Assembly (NCBI GenBank): GCA_051294375.1
Contig: CM119266.1
Span: forward strand, 17,664,087 to 17,728,086
Direction of reading: 5' to 3'
DNA: 64,000 nucleotides
Source: Paraspadella gotoi
Taxonomy: Eukaryota > Animalia > Chaetognatha
The position numbers were made by a program, and so were the translations under genes. The notes below the pieces were generated by a model. That model was given only the letters and a program-made list of their open reading frames with translations. It did not search any database and was not told the DNA's origin. Shown piece by piece: positions 51,901-61,600 of the stretch (positions are counted from its first letter, which is position 1; the number at the start of each line of letters is the position of its first letter).

Positions 51901-53324
51901 CGGAGTGAATATACCGCCACATTAGGTATATTCACCATGATTGTTTTATTAGGTAAAAAAGTCATTGACCAAAATAAGATTTCTTATTGATACTTCCTTT
52001 CCGGTTTTCCTCGCACTTTCAATCTTGATTTTTTGAAATGTAAAGTTTCATTTGGGAGCGGCCCAAATCAAACTTCTGACCAACCGCATGGCGCGATTAA
52101 TGGATGTTGTGGCGAATCCTAAATTGGCCTCCCGTATAGCTTGGTGAAACTCAGCTCGTCCCATTGGCTTGGACAGCTAAGTACTGGTTCACCAACCGTG
52201 AGTTCAATCCCCTCACAGTCACGCTGGTTAAAGTGTGATGGTGTCGGCATAAACACGCCAATGACATGGGGTGGTCACTGCAGGTCAAAGTCCTGAGCGC
52301 CAGCTGCTGGGAGATGCCTCACACCCCAGGCATCACACATGTCATCCCGTTGCCATAAGGTATTGATTAATTCATTCATTCATAATCATTCATTCTCCTT
52401 TTAACTCTAATTCAGGTCCAACGTAACGCGAAACGTCTCCTCGTCTCACGTGTCATCACCATCCAAAGGGCGTGGCGTCGTCATCGCGCTCAACAGGTGG
52501 CGTCACTTCCGGTTCTCGGCGAATCACGTCTGGATCGGTGCCACGCCGGCGCCGCGTCTCGTCCTGCGCCGCCTCCGAGTTCCATCTCTTGCGACGCCTT
52601 GGCTGAAAGCGCTATGGGTGGCGGCAGCGGCGCCAGCAACGGCAGCAGCGTCGCCGACTCCTTCCGCCCTTTCGATCGCGAAACGATTCGTCTTCGTCTC
52701 GCGTCGGAAGACGACGACGACCGACGCGGCCGACAATTGCCGACGTCGAAGAGCCTCTTTGCCGACGAGAACTTCCACGAAGTTTCGCTAAACGACATTC
52801 CCGAGGACGACGATGAAGTCGAGGCGACGACAACGTCATCCTTGGAGGCCGCCTCCGCTTCGGAACCGCTTCCCACCCGTCACGTCTCCGGCTTTGACTC
52901 CGCCCACGAGCGTCTCCGTCTCGAGGCGCGAATCCAGTTAGCGAGGGCGGCGCCGTTGGCGCGATTGCAGATGGAACTGGAGAAGCGTGAAGAGGATTTG
53001 TCGGCGGCGTCAATTCCGTCGGCGTTGGAAGAGTTCGAGTCGCTAAAAGATCGATTGCCGGGCCGGCGCGGCGGGCGGCACCTCAACGGCTTAGGCTCCG
53101 GCGCCGTCGCCGACTTCGCCGACCTAAACGTCGCCGGACTCCAACTCCTAGTCAACGACCTCATGTCGCGCATCGAGGAGCATAACGAGCGGCTGGTGGA
53201 GTTATTGCAGGAGCGGGACAGGCTGCACATGGAGCAAGACTCGATGCTGGTGGACATCGAAGATTTGATCAAGAGGTGCAAGCGGCAGGCCGAGGCGCAG
53301 GGAAGGAGAGGGGCAGCGAGGTAG
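48920..53324 (+). CDS. SCHIP1: IQ-motif + SCHIP-1 domain protein (IQCJ-SCHIP1-like), 4 exons, ~500 aa
   Basis: Exons 48920-49141, 50623-50704, 51143-51432, 52416-53324 total 1503 nt. IQ motifs LQRHFRGVLGRR and IQRAWRRHR; SCHIP1-type C-terminus RETIRLRLA...LQLLVNDLMSRIE..NERLVELLQERDRLHMEQDSMLVDIEDL. Confidence 0.85.
49471..50586. repeat. Tandem ~330-bp repeat (about 2.2 units), second unit split by a ~390-bp insertion
   Basis: Unit start ATGAAATT(G/T)GTACAACC at ~49471, 49800 and 50522; insertion 49920-50311 flanked by ATAAC. Confidence 0.85.
51667..51921 (-). mobile_element. Solo LTR of the TRIM-related family
   Basis: TATGGCAAC...GCCACA, 255 bp, perfect 4-bp TSD TTAG (51663-51666, 51922-51925). 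Confidence 0.88.
52108..52357 (+). mobile_element. Divergent solo LTR (third subfamily), opposite orientation
   Basis: TGTGGC...GTTGCCATA, 250 bp; A-box-like TGGCTTGGACAG, B-box GTTCAATCCC; flanks ATGT/AGGT (3 of 4 match). Confidence 0.75.
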
Positions 53325-54859
53325 GGAATGATAAGGGAAAGTTATTTGAATAAAGCAGATTCGGCCATCGGTGGATTTTGCTTCTTCGCTTATTTGACGA
53401 GCTGGGAACTCTTTTGTGATATCTGATCCGACTTTTTACCTTCCAACTTGCAACTCGATTTACTTAATCGCTGCATTCTCGTATTTATGAAATAGAATTT
53501 ATTGCTACTACCAAAGCTAATCAAGAATTTTTTCTTTTATACCCTTATTACAACCGTTCTTTTTGTTTTTCGTCATTAGTAAAATTCTTTTTTGAAGAAA
53601 AAAAAGACAAAATTATGTCAGTGAAAAAAAAAAGATGAACGAAAAAGTAGCGAATTGGATCATAGTTTATTTTACATCTTTGATCAGGTAAGGAATCTAT
53701 TGGAATTTGTATTTAAAGTTTTAAAGATTATTATTTCGCTTTTTATTTTATTTTCTTCAGACGGAAGTCGTTCCCTTAATTTCCGACCATGTCACGAAAA
53801 ATGATTAGTTTATTTAATTTTGTTTAGTAGGTTTTTAAAGAAAAAATATTTTTTCTTTTTTTTTCGTTGTACTTTTATTTTTTTTCCCTTTCCTTTCCTT
53901 TCCTTTCCTTTCCTTTCCTTTCCTTTCCTTTCCTTTCCTTTCCTTTCCTTTATTTGTTGGTTAATAATGTTAAGCCCGCTGTCGCGCGCCCCAGTACTGC
54001 TCCGTCTCTCCTCTGCGACGACGCCGCTGCAAAGTCTTTCCTGAAAGATCGGCAAGATTCGGATTCCAAGTGAGTCTTGTTATTGTTATTAAGGGAACCA
54101 GTGATAAAAATGATACCATAAGCTTAAGGGTTTATCATCAAAGGAATTTGAATAGTGATAGTTATTAATTTTTCTTTGTACCAGAAAGTAATGAAAAAAT
54201 TCTTCTCTTATTATATTTTATGAAAAATATTTTATGAAAAAAAATTATAATTGATCCTACTTAAATATTTATATCATCTATTATTTTATTCCTTTAATAA
54301 AAGGTATTTTTTATTAAATTTATTTTTTTTATTGTACTGAACAAAGGCTACTGGACAAATATTTTTTTATTTTTATAAGTATTTTAATGCAGAAAAATTA
54401 AATTTAAATTCTATTTTTATAAAAATAAAATTATAATAACTATTAATATTCATATTTATCCTTTAAAGTATTAATAAATTATATTGATTTTTAATTATAA
54501 CAATTCAAAATTTAGCAAAAGTATAGAACCTTTCTTTTTTTTATATTTATATAAAGGTTTTATTTTTATTTAATTAAAAGAATCATTTGATAAAAAAGCT
54601 TAAATAAAATCAGTCAATACCTTAAATTTTTATTCATAATTTTTTTTAAATAGCAACTGAAAAGCTTTTTAAAATTAAATTTTACTCTTTTCCAGAAAAA
54701 AAAATTTAAATTTGGAAAGATTTTCTTTTCGCCGATCTTTTAAAAAAAATTAAGGAGCTGATCATCATTGAATTTTTTAACTACTTTCCTAAATGATTAT
54801 AAAAGAAAGAATTATATGGTCAAAACCAGCTTAATTTAAAGGATCAGCTTTTTATCCCC

Positions 54860-55584
54860 TAGGAATCTACGTCGTTCTTAGAAATCGAGGAAAACTTTTT
54901 CAATGGAGATTTTCGTTAAAATCTGACTACCAAATAATGTTAATGCCCCTGGGAAAAATTCAGGTAAAAAATAGATGTAAAAACAGTCGATTCCGATCCT
55001 GTTACGTCTGAAGGGCTCGCATTTTTTTTCTCTTGACAAATAACCATCATTTTGACATCGAACCATTCGATTCAAATGTACTGGTCCGCTCGGGAAAATA
55101 TTTTTGACGCAATTTTTATATATAAAATAAAGGGATTTCTCAACTTCAATACAATGTCAACGCATTTAAGGTATGTTGTCATTTTACAATAAACTTCGAA
55201 TTCAGGAATTCGATAGCAATATGTCTGAAGGGCTCTCAAAATTTTTCTTTATATTTCATTTGGTTATTTTAATATAATACGATCATGTTAAAGTGAATTA
55301 GTCCATTTTGGTGAAATTTTTTTATTTAAAGTAAAAGTAAAAGAGGAGCTAACGATCGGAATTCTAAGAGTTTTCAACCGGGAGTCAGATTCGGAAAAAA
55401 TCTTATATGGCGAAAATCTTCCAAAAAAGGGGTGGATTTTCCGAAGATTTTGGTTAATATTTTCTATATTGATGGTCGGATTTTTTTGAAACTTAAAAAT
55501 AGCTATATTGCCATCATTCTACATTGGCCGGTCAAAGAATATATTAAAAAAACCTCTGACTTTTTTCGTCAGAGCTTAGTCCTA
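54860..55584. mobile_element. Second copy (inverted) of the 7-bp-TSD non-autonomous element
   Basis: TAGGAATCTACGTCG...GAGCTTAGTCCTA; TSD TATCCCC at 54853-54859 and 55585-55591. Confidence 0.92.
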
Positions 55585-55667
55585 TATCCCCCCTAGTCTC
55601 TTGGGCCCTTTAAGCCGATAAACTTAATGAACCCATTTAATACGATATTTCCTTTTCTTTGTACAGA

Positions 55668-58600
55668 ATGATGCAAGCGGTGCACTTTCGGCCGGGTGGA
55701 CCGGAAAACCTTTTCCTCGCTGACGTCCCCATCCCTGAACTTTGGTCCAAACATGTCCACCTTCGTGTCATTGGATCCGCCATTAATCGGGCCGACCTCC
55801 TTCAGCGGAAAGGGCTATACCCGCCGCCTCCGGGCGAGACCAACATTCTGGGGCTGGAGGCTACGGGTAAGGAGGATAACGGGGGGGGGAAAAAAGTTTT
55901 GTTGTTGATGCGATTATACCATCAACTAATTTACTTATTATTTTCGATTTTTACGTACTTATTAAAAACCATATTACCGGTTTGATAGCCTTGTCATATT
56001 ACCGAATTAAAAAAGATTGATACGTTTTAATAGAATACGTATTTATTGCCAATTCTGGTCATTTTAATCCTCGATTCTATCATGTAGTTCTTCCCAACCA
56101 ACAGAAGAGCATCTGCTCAGCAAAACGCGACATCTACCGACAAAATAACGAAAAGAGGATATCCTCCTCTTCTCTTCCCCCTCCCCTCCACTACCTCAGA
56201 GCATTATCACGAGACAGTTCGCGCTCAGTCTCCCAGCCTTTTTGTCTACACGGTGCTGGACCCTGTTTTCCCTTAACCGGCCTGGTACATGGCTGTTAGG
56301 GAGCAAAGCATTCACTCCCTAGCCAGCCCTTACCCCTTCGTCGTGCGCGGCCGCTGGGTTCGACTGCTTTGACACAGGCGCAAGTTTTTCAACTCGTTTC
56401 CCCTCATGTCTACCGCCACCTCCACCGCCAGCCCTTCCAGGCTGGACTGGTCAGGCCGAGGTCATACCCTCTCAGATGTAGGTTCCACTGACGTCATTCA
56501 AGTGCTTCATTCTTCGCTTTTTCTTTCTGGGGCACCACACAGTTGCGCCTGTTCTGCAAGTCCGCGTCGTCCCGCTTGCCCTCCCTACAGGCCTAGCAAG
56601 TCTTTGCCGCCTAACAAGCATAGGGGTAAGGCTCCAGGGATGTCGAAGGATGCTGACTGATCGCTCGTTCTTTCGGCCGACAGGTTTTTCAGACCCGGAT
56701 TTCGTCCATGGACTGGTTTTTTGCGGCTTCTCAACCCCCCCTTCTACGATGTCTGGTCAAGTGGGCATGGCGCTTTACCGGAAGTCTTCGCGGGATTCCC
56801 CCCTCTTGGTTTGCTGGTTACGAGTGATTCTGTCTCGTGGCAGTGCTCTGCTGGAGGGGAGGGGGAAGAGAAGGAGGGGAAGAGGAGGAGATCCTCTTTC
56901 CTTTTGTCTGGAGAAGTTGCGTTTTGCTGAGCAGATGCTCTTCTGTTAGTGGGGAAGAACCATGAAGAATCCCGGTTCCATGCGGAACCATAAATTTTTT
57001 TCCCCCAGGGGTTATTGAGCGACTCGCCCAGGACTGCACCCCTGGCAAGTGGACAGTGGGTGATCGAGTGATGGCACTTCTGCCCGGAGGCGGAAACGCG
57101 GAGATCGTTTCCGTTCATGAGGATCACCTCATGCCCGTTCCAAAGTCGATGACATTCAGAGAGGCCGCCGCTATTCCCGAGGTCTTTATTAGTTCGATGC
57201 TGGATATTGTACTTGTTTTTCAAATGAGATTGACTGTCAATCTTATTAGCATATTCTGGTATTTTTGCCGACAGGCCTGGCTCACAGCGTTCCAGCTGCT
57301 TCATTTTGTTGGCAATGCGACGCCGGCCGACACGATCCTCATCCACGCCGGCGGGAGTGGCGTCGGTACCGCCGCCATCCAATTGGGACGCCTCCTTGGA
57401 GCTAAGATCATCGTTACCGCGGGTTCTCAGGAAAAGCTGGACCACGCCCTCTCCCTGGGCGCCGCGGAGGCCTTCAACTACAAAGAGGGCGACTTTTCAC
57501 AGAAAGTGTTGAAGGCGACAAAAGGGAAGGGCGTCAACTTGATACTAGATTGTGTAGGCGCGTCCTTCTGGCAACAGAACGCTTTCGTCCTCGCCATGGA
57601 GGGAAGATGGGTTCTCTACGGGCTACTTGGAGGTGCGTCGTTGAATCAATCAGTTCATCAATGATGAAAGAATAAATTAAGTAATTTTAATGTCCATGAA
57701 AACAAATCCGGAAAAAAAGATAAAATTTAATAGATAAAATCAACATATCGATCAAAGAAATCCCCACTCTCCCCTTAAAAGGGAAACACATCGAGGGCGA
57801 CATTTTGGCGACTATTTTGCGGAAACGCGCGACGATGACGGGGACGACGATGCGCGCCCGGTCAAACGAGTACAAAGCCAAGCTCATCCAGGCCTTCACC
57901 AAGGAGGCCCTCCCTCATTTCGAGGACAAACAGCTAAGGTCAGGCCTTGTAATTGACTGCGTTGGAGGCCTGGGTTTGCCACCGTGTTGCTGTTTAGAAT
58001 GTGTCATAAGAAAAGATATTCAAATTGCTTGGAAATAAAACGAATAAACATTTTGAGATTTTGGACTGGCTTCGCGTTGTCCATGATCAAGATTTCCGGT
58101 GTGTAAGCGTTTCATCGTAAACAGATGAGATGAGGATGAGGATTTATTGCTGTACCTTTTCCTTTCACGTTAAAACTTCTCTGCAAGCACTGTGTAATTC
58201 TGTATCATGTTTGCTCCTCTCCACCACGCCAATGCTCTTTTGTTCCAGATGTCGTGTGTCCACAGAAAGACAAAAGAGAAAAGCAGAAGGAGCAGACTCC
58301 TCCTCCTCCTGCTCCTCTCCTCCTCTTCCTCCTCTCAGCTCCATCTTCCAGGATGCATCGGAAAGAGAAATCACTTTTTGTTTCACGACCACGTGTTCAC
58401 TGGTTTTCGTGAAAGTTGTAATTTAATTTATTTTTGATATTTTTTTGAAATGTTTTCAGATTATCCTTTGAATATTTTTTGATATTCCTGTTGAAATACT
58501 TGGTTATTTCTTTTGAAATACTTGGATATCCCTGTTGAAATACTTAGGTATTTCTGTTGGAATGCTTGGGTATTCCTGTTGATATATTTGGATATTCCTG

Positions 58601-61600
58601 TTGGAATTCTTGGATATTGGAACACTTGGATATTCCTTTGGAATACTTGGATATTTCTGTTGAAATACTTGATTATTCTGTTGAAATACTTTGAATGTTC
58701 CTGTTGGAATACTTGGATATTCCTGTTAGAATACTTGATATTCCTATAAGTATACTTGGATATTTCTGTGTGTATACCAATATTCCTGCTGGAATATTTG
58801 ATTTATATCTATTTTTTTTGCGAAATTTCTGATTATTTCGTTTTTTCGGTTTGGCCCATTTATTTGTCTGAGACTCGCGGGTCAGAGTCGCCCGCTTTTC
58901 AGCGGCCGAAAGCGAGCGGGCACTTCGTCCTCTTCTCAAGGGGCTGGCCCAGGAGCCGTTCATGGACATGAGCTGTCTCCTCCTCCTCCACCTCCCGGAC
59001 CGGCTCCCGCATCTCGCTCAGTAAGCGAGATCGGCCCGGTAGGGCGTCGCCGGGTTTCTCTTCATCGCCGTCTGGTGCGATCAAAGAGATCGAATGCATC
59101 GTCTTATTCTTTGGCGTATGGTGGCTAGGGGGCAGACAAGGTGCGTTCGGAAGTCCCGGCTAGTAGCCTAGAAAGAATCAGCTCGACGTCATCCTATCGG
59201 CTTTCTATTATGCGAACATTGGTTGATGCGTCTGGAGATGGTCTCTCTTAAGCGGTATGTTATTTTTATGATTCGCTTTGAATTTTCGCCTTTGGCGTAC
59301 ATTACGTGAAATTTTTTCGAATTTTTGCTCCACCAATTCGACTTTGTTTGTTTTTCTCTTCTGCCGCTCTTGTTACAGAGCATTGGCGTGGTGAGGAGAG
59401 CAGAGCATATATGAGAATTTATGGTTCCAAGTGGAACCGGGATTCTTCATGGCTCCTCTCCACCACGCCACCTCCCGCCGTCCACCCCTGGCACCACCGG
59501 TGGTGGATGGCGGCTTCGAAGAGTTGTTTTTGTCTTTTTGGTGTTCTTTTCTCTAATATTTTCTCATTTTTATTTTTACATGTACACATCTTCGTGGCTC
59601 CTGAGGATTTCGCGTTGTGTTGCTGTATTCTCCATCTTCGCTGATTCGTTTCTAGATGTCATGCCCCTGCTTCTCGGGTCGACCTTGCTACCCCGGCTTT
59701 CCCCAAGTCGGCGCCGACCTGTGTTCGGCCAAATACTTCCTTATACGATTCTCCAGACTTGGATGTTTCTGGTTCGGAGGAAGATGAGCTCGCGTCTTTT
59801 TCTGATGCTACAGGTTTTGATACCTTTTCGCCGCAACAAGATCTGCTGCTATTCCATCAGATTGGACTTGTCAACAATGGAGAGAGTTCCGTTCTATGAC
59901 GGTACTGGCGAGCTCAAGAGGGGATGGGAGCCTGGTCAAGGGCGCTCTATATTCGCTACATGGGTGGATGGCATTCTCCACCAGATTTGGACCTCTGCGC
60001 AAGACAGTTGTTTGTCTGCGCAGTTCGATGCTGTTGTTTAGGCCGCAAATCAGCCTCTATTTACAAGCAAGCAGTGCGGTCCATGAGAGATGCTGGTGCC
60101 ATTGCGCACTCTGTATTGCATTCAGCAGATGGATTGCGTCTCATCGTTTCTCTCAGAGTTCCGATGCGGATCCGAGCTCGTGGTTGATCTGGAGGCCTTG
60201 GCGGCCCCTCTCAAGGATTCAGCGACCATGTTGGCCTCTTCCTTCAACTCAGCCTTAGTTGAAGCTCGGCGTTCCTTTTTCCAGTCGGCTCCCAAAGAGC
60301 TCAACCTACTCTTTTGGAGTTTCTGCTGCGATTCACTCCTTCCTGTTCAGGAGTCAAGCTTCTCGACCTAATCCTTCCTCAGGATTCTAGGTAGCGTTTC
60401 AACCCCAAGTCCAGAGGGGCTTTCAGAACTGGCCGCTAGTCTACTTCCTCGACCAAGCGTTCGGGAGGGGGGAGTCGGGGGCGTCATAGGACGCCAGGTG
60501 TCTCCTCGATGCTCCAGTTCGGCTGTTGCCTCTTTCGGCTTTTCAGGAAGATGCTGCGACCAGGAGTTTGGGCAGCCTCGATTGATATCCTCTGCACGAG
60601 GATCATCGCAAGTTTTGCCTTTTTATTTGGAGAGGCAAGATCTTCCTGTTCAGGTTTCTACCTTTCGGTTATGCTACAGGCCCTTGGTTGTTTTCCAAGG
60701 CGACTCGCCCTCTGGTGGCCTGGCTTCGTGCGAGAGGCATTCGATGTCTGTTCTACATCGACGATATTCTTATTCTGGGCACGTCCATGGGGGAGTGTTT
60801 ATTCAACACCCGAGTGGCTCTGCAACTTCTCTTCAGAGCGCACAAATCTTTCGCTTTACTAAAGATTTCCGTGGAGAGGAACACTCAAAGAGTGTTTTAT
60901 TTGTTTATTTACTTTCGGGAAGTATAGGATGCAGGCTTCGTCCTTCCCCAGAAGTCGAGTTTAGTCCCTGCTCAGAACTTCGGTTTTCTGGGTCTCCAGT
61001 GGGACGGGGCGCTTCACCAAGTTGCGCTTCCCCAGCGAAAGATCTTTGCCCTCAGATCTCTGGCTTCATCCCTCTTGGAAGGGATCACTCCATCAGCCCA
61101 TCAGGTTCTTCAGCTCATGGGTCATGTGGCTGCAGCCATCCCAGCGTCTCCGATTCTCCGCTGCAGGTCAGCGCGGATTCAGCACGATCTCTATCTTGTT
61201 TACGTTCAGAGAGGATTTGGAGAAGTTGGTTCTCTTCTCGGAAGCTGCGAAGGAGGAACTTCTTTGGATTTCGATTTCTAATCCAAGGGCTTGTTCAGCG
61301 CCAGATCGACGCACTTCTCTCGGAGAGTTGCACTTGCGGAGGTGACAACGGACGCCTCATTGATGGATGGGGCTTCCTTTTTCGCGGAGTCTTCATCAGG
61401 GAATTTGGAGGATGCGTTTGCCCCTCTCCATATAACTGCGAAGGAGTTCATGGTTCTGCTCAGATTCCTACGTTCCTTCGGAGATCAGATTTGCGACAAC
61501 AATCTTCTGTGGAAGACGGACAGTTTGGTGTCCCTTGCTTGTCTCCGACGCTTTTGCAGCCGCTCGCCATCTCTCACAAGTTGTGAGAAGCTCTTCTAGC

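Noticed and set aside
53967-54044. MLSPLSRAPVLLRLSS as a mitochondrial targeting leader for TP53I3
   Set aside because: That frame stops (TGA) before the 54070 donor and cannot join the core exons.
58480-58800. 22-bp repeats resembling a CRISPR array
   Set aside because: Contiguous degenerate tandem units with no unique spacers, no cas genes, eukaryotic context.
60498-61586. 362-aa ORF as an intact gene
   Set aside because: Off-frame shadow of the decayed DIRS pol; the RT and RNase H motifs lie mostly in other, broken frames.
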